NCBI GenBank assembly: GCA_001179505.1
Contig: CDMY01000373.1
Location: 1-64,000, forward strand
Length of the DNA stretch: 64,000 bases
Direction of reading: 5' to 3'
Origin: Vitrella brassicaformis CCMP3155
Taxonomy: Eukaryota; Protista; Chromerida
Shown: piece after piece, positions 26,285-38,500 of the stretch
How positions within the stretch are numbered: the first letter of the stretch is position 1
Layout: the number at the start of each line of letters is the position of its first letter
The notes under the pieces: generated by a model
Told to the model about the DNA's origin: nothing
Seen by the model: only the letters and a program-made list of their open reading frames with translations
Databases searched by the model: none
Program-made: the position numbers and the translations under genes

Positions 26285-28868
26285 ATGAGCCTCTTCGTCG
26301 GCATTCTCGCATCGTGTTTGTCGCAGCTTCATGCAATCAGCCCAGATCCAGCACCATGGCGGAGGGGATCTGTCAGCAACGCCTTCATCGCTGGTTCATT
26401 CGGCCCAACGCGCCATCGCTCCGCACCAAGACTGCTGCGTCGCTCGCGTCTTGGTGCCAGTGCTGTGGATCAGCCTGCCGTCCTGGATGGCCTCCTGGCA
26501 AGCCCGGCAGATCTGCCAGTCGACGAAGCAACAAAGGCCAGCCGTGTGCCAATCACGATTCTGAGCGGCTTCCTGGGTGCGGGCAAGACGACGCTGCTCA
26601 AGGTACAAAGCATTGATGAGAAGATCATCACAACGCCATCTGTGATCTTTGCGGCTGTGTGTGTTTCCGTTCAGAACATTCTGGAGAATAAGGAGGGTCT
26701 GCGGATTGGGGTGATTGTCAACGACATGGCGTCGGTCAACATTGACGCCAAGCTGCTGCGGGAACAGACTGACGACGGCAGCTTGGAGGAGGGCAGCTCA
26801 GGGGACCCCTTACAGCAGTATGCCGGGGACATTATGGAGCTGCAGAACGGGTGTGCCTGCTGCACGGCAACCGATGAGTTCCGAGACGCCGTCATCGCGG
26901 TCAGTTTGAGCACACGCACAGAAGCATGTCATGATGTGTTTTGCGTGTGGGGGTCGACAGATTCTGCGGCTCGGTACTCGTCGAGGCACCCAATGGGACC
27001 ACATTGTCATCGAGATGTCGGGCATCGCCGAGCCGAGGGTACGCAGTGCAGCGCAGCACGACTGACACGACACAGCAGGCACCGTGAGCTGATTTGTGCT
27101 GCATACAACCGTCTTTCGATTTTCGTGTCTGTCAGGCTGTGCGCGAGCAGTTCCAGCTGATGGAAGAGGCGGGGTCAAACATCTTCGAAGAGGTCAGAGA
27201 TCTATGTATGCTACGAGCAACACAACACACACGTGTGTCACGCTTCGGGATTGGATGGATGGATGGATGGATTCATTCAGACCGCCCTTGACACGATGGT
27301 GACGGTGGTCGACTCGAGTGCGTTCCTCGATGCGTATGGCACGTCTGAGGAGATACAGAGGGCACCCGCATGGGCATTCCAAGTAAGGACGCCATCCGCA
27401 ATCCCTCCAGCAGGATGCCATTTTCATTTTCATTTTCTCTCCCTATGTCAGGATCCGATGCGGTTTTTGGAGGCCTTGTCGATGAGGCACAGGGGGATCC
27501 AGCGGCCGGTCGTGGATCTGCTGGTGGAGCAGATCGAGGCCGCCGACATCTGTGTCCTCAACAAAATCGACACCATCGAGGCACAGCAGCTGCCCGTGCT
27601 GAAAGCTGTCATCCGGGCGCTCAACGAGCAGGCTCGGGTAAGGCCACACACACTTCGCACCGTGACGCCATGTGTGTGTGCGTATGTGGGTTGGATCTCT
27701 TGTGTATGTGTGTGCAGATTGTGGAGACGGCGTATGGTCGGCTGCCTCTGCGGTCCGTGTTGGGCTGCATGGAGGGCAAAGGGCTGGCGCAGCTGACGGA
27801 CATCACACAACTCAAGGAGACCATCCACAGGGCCAAAGAGCAAGACGAGCACCATCACCACCACCACCATGACGACCATGACGACCATTCCCACGCTCAT
27901 GACCATTCCCACCATCATCACGACCATGACCATTCTCACGGCCATGACCATTCCCACTCCGACTGCACCGACCCCGACTGCACCGACCCAACACACGACC
28001 ACAGCCATGACACGATGACCACAGCCGAGAAGCGCTTCGGCATCAACAGCTTCGTCTACAGCCGCAGGAGGCCATTCCACCCGGACCGCCTGGCCAAGGT
28101 GCTGGCCGCCATGCCCGCAGCAGACAACCCACTTGCAGCCAGCTTTCGGCCAGACGGAGAGCTGGAAACATCCGACGATGGTGTGGCGTCGGTGCTGTCG
28201 CGTCTGTTCCGGTCCAAGGGCTTCCTCTGGCTGGCATCGTCCGACGTCACGTGAGCAGCCCAAGAGCCGCAGACATGCAGACGGTCAATATGAATGTGTG
28301 TGTGTGTGTCTGTCTGTTTGGATGCCTGCAGATGTTGGGAGTGGTCACTCGCCGGCCGTCACCTGGACTTCGAAACTTTCGGTCGGTGGTGGGCCTCTGT
28401 GTCGGCCAAGGACTGGCCAGAGCAGTGGAAGGTAATAAGGCGTGGACGGGCCGACAGACACGTGTGTGACGGTATGTGTGGTGCCCACGCACACAGGGCA
28501 AGATCCTGGAGGACTTTGACGGGGAGTTCGGCGACAGGCGGCAGGAGATCGTATTCATCGGCCGGGAGGTCGCCCAATCAGACAATAGGCAACAGGTGCC
28601 CAGGCCGATCAGCACCCACCTCACACACACACACTCACACACACACCTCCCCCCCCCCTGTGGGTTGCTGCAGCTGGAGTCGGCTTTAGACGACGCCCTG
28701 CTGAGCGATGAGGAGCTCTCGGTCTACCGATCCAACGCCAAGGACGACGCTGAGCTGATGAAGGCCTTCCCCGTGGAGCCGCTGCAGCAGCTGTTATCGG
28801 GGCAGAACAGGCCACCCACCGAGCAGCCAGTGGGACAGGCTCCGTCAGCGCGATTCACCGCTGGGTAG
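26285..28868 (+). CDS. cobW: COG0523/CobW (ZNG1-type) G3E metallochaperone GTPase with a His-rich insert and a bipartite plastid-type leader
   Basis: Walker A ILSGFLGAGKTTLL; VIVNDMASVNID; ELQNGCACC (CxCC); IVIEMSG; VLNKID; His-rich tract ~27849-28010; CobW_C motifs RRPFHPDRL, LFRSKGFLWLAS and GDRRQEIVFIG. Confidence 0.93.
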
Positions 28869-29592
28869 AATGAAGGTGGGAGGCAGGTGCTTTGGATGGA
28901 TGGATGGAGGTGAGGGATGCGTTGATTCTGACGCCTTTAGAGTTTTTCTGCTGAGAGAGGGCTATGGAATTTCTATGGTACAGTGGTGCTGGCCGACAGA
29001 CCGACAGTGGGTGCCGTGTTCGGCAGCCATGACGGACGTGAGTGTGTGTGTGTGTGTGTGCGTGTGTGTCGTCCGCACTTTTCTAGTGGTGCCTTGGTTT
29101 CGTTCGGGGCTGCATGAGCTGCGAGGGGGCGCTCGCACATCGAGGCACTGACTGACGTGTGTGTGTGAGGGGGCGCTCGCACATGTGAAGCGTATAGCTG
29201 TCAGTAAAGATCTTTGGCGAACCAGGCTCGGAACTGGAAAGACCCACTTCCCTTTATCTTTGACCATCTCCCCCTCCCTCCCCCTCCCCTACTGTGACTG
29301 TCCGTCGTCCGTCCACTCATACATCCATCCATCCATCCACTCATCCAGTGCACACGTGCAGCCAGCCATACACAAAGAGACAGACAGACAGACAAATGAC
29401 ACTGAAAAATCGGCGGGTGAAACCGTCCTTTCCTTTCGCTGGCTCGGTCTTCCTCTACTACTTTTTCTGGTACCCACACGCTCGGTACGTGTCAAACACA
29501 CCATCCACCACCCAAACATCCCTCTCCATCCATCCATATCTCCTGCCTGCCCCGGCTGGCTGTCCCCCTTTCTCACTCACTCACTCACTCAC

Positions 29593-32500
29593 TCACTGGC
29601 GGGGCTGCTGCACATAGCCCTGGCCATGCAGCCCTGCTACTCCCTTGACTCGCTCATTCACGCCCATGGCACCCACCGGCACCGCGCCCAGCACACCCAT
29701 TTGCTGTTGCTGCGCCGCACCGGCATTGGGCGACCCAGGGTGCTGCGGCTGCTGATGCATCCCACCACCGTACACGGCATGAATGGGGGGGGCACCGGCA
29801 TACGGCGACGGCACGTTGCCCCCCACGACCGTCGGCTGCTGCGCCGACAGGGACCCCAGCACAACCTTGGCCACACTGTCCTCAGCTGCAGGCACAGCCT
29901 TCGGAGTAGGAAGGGGCAAGTGTGGCCCCTGCGGCTGCGGCGCAAGCACTGGGCGTGGCTGCGATGGGCGGTGGGCGACACCGGGAGGGTGCTGCTTGGC
30001 CAGCCCGCTGCGATGATGGACGTGGGCATGCGGATGCGCGTGTGGCTGGGGCTCTGGCGGAGGGGGCGGCTGAAAGGGCTGGTGGGGCGTCGGGTGCTGC
30101 TGCCTCATCGGGGGGGACAGCTCCTCAATCGCCGACACATCCGTTATCTGCTGCTGCTGCCAGTGCCCCCCGGCCACAGCCTCCGTCGCGTGTGGCAGGC
30201 CCCCCATGCCGCCCCCCTGTGGCTGTGGGCTGGCGGAGTAGTTCCACTGCGGCGAGCCAGTGGAGGGCTCTGGGGTGAAGGCAACAGCCGTGTTGGCCGG
30301 CTCAGGGGTGAAAGGGACGGCAGTGCTGGCCTGCCCGTCGTATACTATGGCCGCTTGGGAAGGGCCATGGGGGCCGCCACCGGCCGGGACATTTGGGCTT
30401 GGGTAGAACGTCGCGCCGCGGCTGTCATAGGGGGCCTTCCCTTGGCTGCGCAGCGGCGCCTGGAGGTCAGGCTCGGAGCTGTTGGTGTTGAAGAGCCCAC
30501 CACCGTCCTCCGGGCCGCCATTCCGACTATGGTGCGGCGTCCGGGAGCGTGTGGCACCGTGGTGGTGGTGGTGCTCCTTTAGGGTGCTGCCGTGCTGCTG
30601 GGAGGTCCTCTTGCCGGCTCGGGTGTCGACGCCTTTGTGGGTGTGTGAGGGGTAGTGCGCGTCGAGGAGCCGCAGCCCCTCCAGCTTTGGGTTGCTAGGG
30701 TCCAAGTTCTTGACGTCCTTGGTCCACATGGTGAGGCCTATGAACCCCTCCGGCACGACGTCCTTTGGCTGCTCGTGGGGCCTTTTGGACTCCCTTTCGG
30801 CCTTGTTGATATGAACCAATCCTGGCGGCTTCGGACCCTGGCTGCCCTCCTCCTGCTGCTCCTGCTGCTCCTGCTGCTGCTGCTGCTGCTGCTCTTGTGG
30901 CGGCTGCTGTGGGTGTTGGTGTGGGTGTTGGTGGTCGCCGATGAGCTGCTGACCATTGGGGCGGCTCCAGTGGGGCTCCATTGTGTCGCGATACTGTCGC
31001 TCAGGGCTGCTGGGGGCGTGGTGCGGCGAAGGCACATGATACTCCATACCCACACAGGGCTGCGGCAGCAAGGGAGGACTTGACAGCCCCAGCGGAGTCA
31101 TGGGCGATGCAGCAGCAGCAGCACCAACAGGTACAGCATTCCAGCTGCAGGGCTGGTGCGCCATGATGTGCATCAGGAATGGCGGCGGCGGCGAATTGGC
31201 CATACAAGTTGGTGGCGAGTGGACAGGCACCACTGCCGGGGACGGCGCGCTCTCCGATGAAGGGGGCGATGGCGACTCGTGCGGGGACCCCTGGTGTAGG
31301 CCAGCGGGCATCTGCACGGCCGCATTGTTGTGCGGTGGGGAATGCTGCCCAACGAAATCACCAAACGACAGCTGGGGCCGTGGCTGCTGCACAAAGATGC
31401 CGATGCCGCCCGCTGGCTGATCCCGTGGATGCTGCTGCTGCTGCTGCTGTTGCTGCTGCTGGCCAAGGGGCTGGTTGAGCCGGTCGATGTCGGCCCACAC
31501 GTGGTCCTGCACCTCCTGGACGACAGCCTGCACACACGGGATGTGCTTGACCGTCGGATGCCGCTGCAGCTGCCTGGCGAAATCCGGCTCGTCCGACGAC
31601 AAGTCTGGCTGGTCGCAGACAGACGGAGGGTCCAGGGCCGGCAGGGGGGCGCAGGGGAGGGAGGAGGGAAGGCTGGCTGGGGAGGCCGACACGGAGGAGG
31701 ACGATGGCACCTCCCCTGACCCACCACCGAGGGCGAAGGCACCACCGACGATGGGAGAGGATGCGGCGGGCGATCGGTGAGGCGGGCTGAGGGCGATGTT
31801 GGGACCGTCCTCGAGGTGCGGGTTGGTGCATGACTCATTGCCGTGCGATGTGGGCACCCGTGGTGTGGAGTTGCTGGGCTGGCTGGGCTGGCTGTCGTCG
31901 ATGTCCCCTTCTGACTCGCTCGCCTCGCCCTCGGGCCCCTTGGGGGCCTTGGGCTTGACCACCCACTCCTTCCGACACCGCGGCCCAGCACCACCACCAC
32001 CACCATGTTTGTCGCCGCCCTTAGCCGCTGATGCATTCGATGGTGGGGTGGGGAGGATGATCGGGGGCTGGTGCTGCTGGGGGGCCGCCGCAACGGGCGA
32101 CGGGGCATGGTCATGCCTCTTGGCGTGCGATCGGTCATGCCTCGTGTCGGCCAGCCGGTGGTCGTCAGCCCCCTCATGATTCAGATGTGCTGCGTGTGCC
32201 CCGCTCTTGCCGCCTGGCTCCAGCAACAGCGGTCGGTCGCCGACGAAGGGTTGTGAGGGCCTGATGGGGAAGGCCGCCTGCCTTGAGCCGTGTGATGGCG
32301 ACTTGTCATCCGATGGGGGCGTGCGGGAGGCAAGGGCACTGTCGAAGGAGGGCGTTGTCGGCGGCCGCTGGCCACTGCTGCTGCTGGGGGCGGGAGGAGA
32401 CACCGGGCCGTCATGCCCAATGGAGCGACCGAAGTTGTGGGGCTGTCGTGGTTGCGGCGGCATCTGCTGCTGCTGCTGCTGCTTCTCGGATCGCTTTTTC

Positions 32501-35500
32501 GGCTGCTTCTCGGCTGCCGAAGTGCCGTTGTGTGCCACAGCAGCAGCAGCAGCAGCAGCAGAAGCCGCCGGTGGTATGGCCGGAGGCGCCTTGCCTTTGG
32601 CCTTGCCGACAGCCGTCTGGACATCCTTGCTGTTGCTTGGGGTGATGGGAAGAGGCGTCTGTGGTGCCGCCTTGGCCTTGCTGGACTCTTTGCCGGTGAC
32701 GGCCTTCTTTGGCGGCTCGAGTGCCGCTTTCTTGGCCTCGGCCGATGGTCGGCCCTTCTTGGGCGGCGCGTCAGGCGGTGCCTTAGGAGCATTTGATTCG
32801 CTTCTGAAATAAGAAGGAGCCAACACATGGATCGATCGAGAGATGACTGCCATATTGCTCACGATTTGGAAGCGGCCTTGTTATCTGGTTTCTTGTCGGC
32901 GGCCGTCGATTTCCTCTTCTTGGTGGTGTCCTCTTCGGGTGGTGGCTGTGGCTGCTGCTCCTTGGCGGCCTTTTTCTGCTGCGCCTCCTTCTCCTTGTCC
33001 TTCTTGTTGTTGTTGTCGGCGTCCTGCTGCTGCTGCTGCTGCTCCTTTTGCCGCTGCTGCTGGGCTTCCATCTCCCTCTGGCGATCGGCCTCCTCTTGGG
33101 CCAGTTTGTCGGCCTGCTCCTTCTTCTGCTGGGCTTCGTGGTCGTCTTGTTTCTTCTTGAGCACCTCTGCCTTCTCCACCTCCTTCTTGCGCTCCTTGTT
33201 CTTCTTGGCCTGGCCGTCAAACTTCCCGCCCGGCATCGGAGCTGCTGACTTCCTGCTCGCCTTGCCCTCACCAACGCCACCACCACCACCACTATTGCCA
33301 CCTTTCCCTCCCCCGCCACCATCGCTGTCACGACTGCTTCCCGCACTGCCCTCGCGCTTCGAAGCCCCCGGGCTCCCATCGCCGCCCTTGCCCTTGTCAG
33401 CCTTGCTGTTGGTCGAGGCCTTCTGTCTGTTGCTTTTGCTGTCGGGCTGCGTGGCGGCCGGCGGGGAGGGGGGAGGGGGCTCGACGCCGTCGATGGCTGA
33501 CTCCCATGCGATGCCGTCGTCGACGTCGTCGAAGGGGTTGGGGGCCGCGGCGCCCATCTGCTCGACGGGCTGGATGGTGGGCAGTGGGGGGATGAACTGG
33601 CCCTTGCCCTCCTGGATCTGGACGAAGATCGTGACCAGCTTGTTGGCAGCCTCTTTGTCCAGCCACTTCGACAAAGTTTTTCGGGGATGGCTCACGCCGG
33701 AGGGCTTCTCCTTGGCGCGGACGCGCCATGAGAACCTGCAGCACCGATGAATGCATCGCATGTGCAGGGAAGGGGCGGTGCATGTTGCAGCTGTGGTTGT
33801 GTATGTGTGTGTCTACTTGAGGCGCAGGCATTCTTTGCGCTCAAGGTGGGCGAAGTCCCTGACGACGTCCTTGACCTCTTGGGGCTCATCGGGCGACCGC
33901 ATCTTGGGCGGCACGAGCTTCGACGCCACCAACCTGCACACACACACACATCACCCATCGCCCGCCACACACACCCAGCTACCGCCCGATGGATCGTACC
34001 TCGGCAGAATGCATTTGTTGAATAGGTCGCCGAGCGTGATGGCCCCCGGGACGAGCATGCAGCCGATGCACTGGTTGGTGCGGTTGGGGTAGCCCTGGTA
34101 GACAAACGCCAACGCATGGACACCCCCGTCTGAACCAATGCATTCATCACACACAGACACACACACAGACGATTGCCGCGTGAACATGTCAGTCTCTCTC
34201 TCTCTCTCTCTCTTGCTGTGTGTGTGGGGGGGGGGGGGGGGGNNNNNNNNNNNNNNNNNNNNNNNNNNNNNNNNNNNNNNNNNNNNNNNNNNNNNNNNNN
34301 NNNNNNNNNNNNNNNNNNNNNNNNNNNNNNNNNNNNNNNNNNNNNNNNNNNNNNNNNNNNNNNNNNNNNNNNNNNNNNNNNNNNNNNNNNNNNNNNNNNN
34401 NNNNNNNNNNNNNNNNNNNNNNNNNNNNNNNNNNNNNNNNNNNNNNNNNNNNNNNNNNNNNNNNNNNNNNNNNNNNNNNNNNNNNNNNNNNNNNNNNNNN
34501 NNNNNNNNNNNNNNNNNNNNNNNNNNNNNNNNNNNNNNNNNNGGGGGGGGGGGGGGGGGGGTACCCATTCCGTGTCGGAGGTATCTCGGCACGGTGGTGT
34601 TGTTGAAGGCCGACGTCTCCGGGATCCCATGTGGCCGCGGCGGAAGCAGCACCAATATCTGTCAGACAAAGAACAGACCATACCCCTTCTCCAACTCCCT
34701 CCCTCCTTGTCCCCTCCCCTGCTGCTTGCTCTCAGCGATCTACCTACCTTGAGTGTGTGTGGCCCGCTGTCCCGGTCGCTGCTGCTCTGCATGATGAGGT
34801 TCTGGGGGTCGCCCGAAGACGGCACATCCACATAGTCTCGCAAAGGACGGTGCCGCTGACTCTCGGGGACGATCGGCATCAACGTGAAACCCCTGACAAC
34901 ACATGAGCCCATCCATTGTGGATGGATGGATGGATGGATGGACGGATGGACTCTTTGTTCTTGACCGAGCTCACCTCTGCTGCTCTCTCTTTCTGTCCTT
35001 TGCCGCTGCGTCGGTCTTGAGGTCTGTGAAGGCGTAGAGCCAGATGCCCTCGGTGCAGGGCCACTCGGGCGATGAGGAGGGGTCGCTCCACTTGAGGTAG
35101 GCGTCCGCCGGCAGGAAGAGCACGAAGAACAGCAGGTGGTACAGATCCTCTACCGTCATCAACATGCTGAGTGAGACCACACGCACACACAGACACACCG
35201 CATCCGTGTCGATCTCCCCCGTGTATGGTATGCCGTTTGCTTACTTTGCGATGATCCTCCTGGTGCTGGTGCACTTGGCGTCAAAGTCCCACTCCTCCAG
35301 CCCGATCATGTCGCTCGCACACAGCAGCATGATCTCCATCCACTGCCCCCGCGGCGGCAGCTGATGGACGGGCTTCCCAGTGTTGTCCGCAAACAAATAG
35401 ATGCGGCTGGGATTCAGCTGCAAGGCGCTCTTCTCGAAGGACGGGATGGAGTAGGCGTAGCGGCAGAAGGCCTGGGCGGAGAGGGGGAAGTACTGCTTGC

Positions 35501-38500
35501 TGATGACGCCCGTCTCGGGGTCGCGGCAGGCTGTCGCCGGCTGCCAGATGTCGCGCGTCAGGTGGAAGAACCAGTCCTGCGAACACGCCGCGCCGGCGAC
35601 GTCACCCCAGGTAACAATGCCCTGCCCAAGACACCACACCAGGCACCCACCACACACATGAGAGACCAATGAGTGGATGTAAGGAGGCTCCCGGTGTGTG
35701 TACCTCCGACAGCCTGCTGGCCCACTTGAGGAAGCGGTCGAGCGCGCCGAGGATGCACGAGTCGAATTGGAATGTCTGCCGCTGGAAGTCCACCCACGGA
35801 TGGACCGACTCGTTGCTGTCGCGGCACCGCTGCATCTCGGCGATGGCCCCGTCGTCGTTGGTGGAGATGTCGTAGGTGCACCTCAGCTCCGCCAAAATGG
35901 TCATGATGAACCGCCTGGCCACCACCCGCACCTCGTTCCGCACCTCGCCCCACTCCCGAGCCACCCTCCTCCCGCGCAAGGCCACGCCATCGGGGGAGGG
36001 GGAGGGTGAAGCCCCCGCGCCCGCGCCCGCGCCCGCCCCCTCTGTGAGCCAGCTGATGCGGCACTGCACCGCCTCCATGCCCTGCTTGAAGGGCCGGGCC
36101 TTGTGCTTCTTATCCTTCTTGCTGCCGCCTGATTGAGATGACGCCGATGGTGACGGGGCGTCATCTGGTGGCTGCTGCGGTGAAGGTGAGGCTGCTGCTG
36201 ATGGTGATGGTGCTGGAGGGGGCGGCGTGACCATACGGGTGCCGTTGGCGGAGAGGGACAGCAGCTCTTGGCGGAGGGAGAGGATGGTCTGGACCATGTC
36301 GGCAATGATCTCGTTGAGATGGATGCGATCGATCCAGAAGCGCTCGCAGAAGGCGCCGACGTAACCTACCGACAAAACACACACACACACACACACACAC
36401 AGGCAGAAAAGTCTCAATGAAATGGAATGAAATGCGAAACAGTGATGAAGGTGTGGACGGACCTATGATAAGCCGCTGCGCATACTCCATCAAGCACTCC
36501 TCAAAGAAGTCCCGCCGCTTCTCCAGCACCGCCCCCGCCGAGCCCCCCGCCCTGCTCCCTGCCATGAAGAGCGACGTGATGCAGAAGGCGAATATGTCCT
36601 GCCATGCGTCCAGTGGCGGGGCGAAGGGGATCGGCGTCAGCCACTGGTACATCGACAAGCCCCTCAAGTCGCGCGGGAGGCTCTGCTCGAGGAGCATGCC
36701 GTGTGTGGAGAGGCCGGGGAGCAGGGGAGGGGGTGAGGCCCGCAGGGTGAGCTGTGTGGCGGATGCAGGGGGCGGGGCGGGGTAGAGGCAGCGGCTGATG
36801 GTCGGGTACAGCTGGGGGAGGGCACTGCACCCTGTCAGCAGACGCATGTGGTGCTGGAACAACCTGGAGAGAGAACACCATGGCCAATGCGTCTCTCTCT
36901 CTCTCTCTCTTTCTCTCTCTCCCCCCCTCTCTCTCTGTCTGTGTGTGTGTGGTGGGATGCACACCCGGTGTTGATGGCTTCTATGTCAGGCGGAGCGATA
37001 GCGATGCGATTCTGCAGACTCCACAAGTCAGCCTGGAAGGAAGACATATAGACAGACAGACAGACAGAAACACACGCGGAGATGTCCCTGTCCCTGTGCC
37101 TGTGTGTCTGTGTCTGTGTGTTTGTGTTTGTGTGCGTACGTTGACGTACACGGCGACGGCGCAGTAGAAGTGTTCGTTCATTTTCCACTCGCTGGGGAAC
37201 ACCCGGTCCTTCACCACACGCAACTCCTCCACACCGCCGTCAAGCACACGGAACCATGGACCATTCTACACACACACACACAGACACAGCACAGACAGCC
37301 GTATTCTCTGCCCTCTTCTTGCTTCCCACGCCTCCCTCTCGCATCCTGTCTGGCACCTGACCTGCACGGGCCTGATGACGACGCTGATATGGGTCTCTAT
37401 CTTGCCCCTCTCGGCCCCATCGACCTTCTTCGTCGGTATCCGCGGCGTCTCCTGCACTATCATCGCAAACAGGTCGTGCGTCGGCTTACAGCCGGCCGCC
37501 GCCCCGCTGCCACCACCACCACCCTTGTCCACGCCGTCAGCGGTGCCATTGCTGTCGGTGGATGCCTCGGCGTCATGCTTGGCAGCACTGCTGGCGGCAT
37601 CGGCGGCTTGTGGCGGCGGGCTGTCCGGCGGGTCGTCCTTGTGCTCGGTGGGCGGAGGCTCGGCAGGCCTGTTGCGTCCCTTGGACTGCTTGCCCTTGCC
37701 GCCGCTGCCGCCACCGCCGCCAGGTGGCTTCTTTGCGGGGGTGGATGTTGCAGATGCCGGTGTTGATGCCGCTGCCGCCTGCTGCTGTGGCTGTGGCTGT
37801 GGCTGTTGGTGCGGCTGTGGCTCCCACTTGGGGTCGTCTGGCCGCGAGGGGCAGGACACGCCGACAGATGATACTGAAGGCAAAGACAGACAAGGGAAGG
37901 GTCTGTCTATTTGTCAGGTGTGTGTGGGCTTCTCACAAAGAGGTGGTACCTGTGGGGGTCTCTTCGATGCCGTTGGCCTCTCCACCCCCATCGGTGTCTG
38001 CGGCCGCCCGCCGCGCCTCTTTGAGTCTGCAGGTCTCCTCCCACCGCCGGAGCGTCCGTGTGTCGGGCGGCCGGTCACCCGCCACCGCCCCACCAGCAGC
38101 AGCAGCTGCTGCTGATTCTGACTCCGCTGGCCTCTCCTTCTCCTTGTCGCCACTGCTGTCACTGTTGTCCTTCTTGCGTAAGAGTCCAGAGAGGTCAGCG
38201 GCCAAGGGTATCTCGTGCAGGCCCTCGTCGCCCTTGGTGAGGTCCTTGTAGGTGGGGAAAAGCAGCATCACGGGCGCCAGACGGTCCAGCTTGCGATCGC
38301 TGTCCTGAAAGGGTGGGTGGGTGATGGATGACATACAAGTGTGGTGTGTGGATGGACGGTGCGCGTGTGGCGATGGTTGCTTACCTCGATCCAGTCGGGA
38401 ATTCTGGTGATTTTGGGTGCGGGTGCCTGCCCACCGGTACCCTTGTCCGGCGTGCGGTCGCGGGAAGGGTGGGACAGCCGGATGGGCACCTTGGCGAAGT

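Noticed and set aside
29161-33750. Long plus-strand ORFs (e.g. 29161-30582, 32827-33750)
   Set aside because: They are antisense shadows of the GC-rich low-complexity exons of the USP7-like gene.
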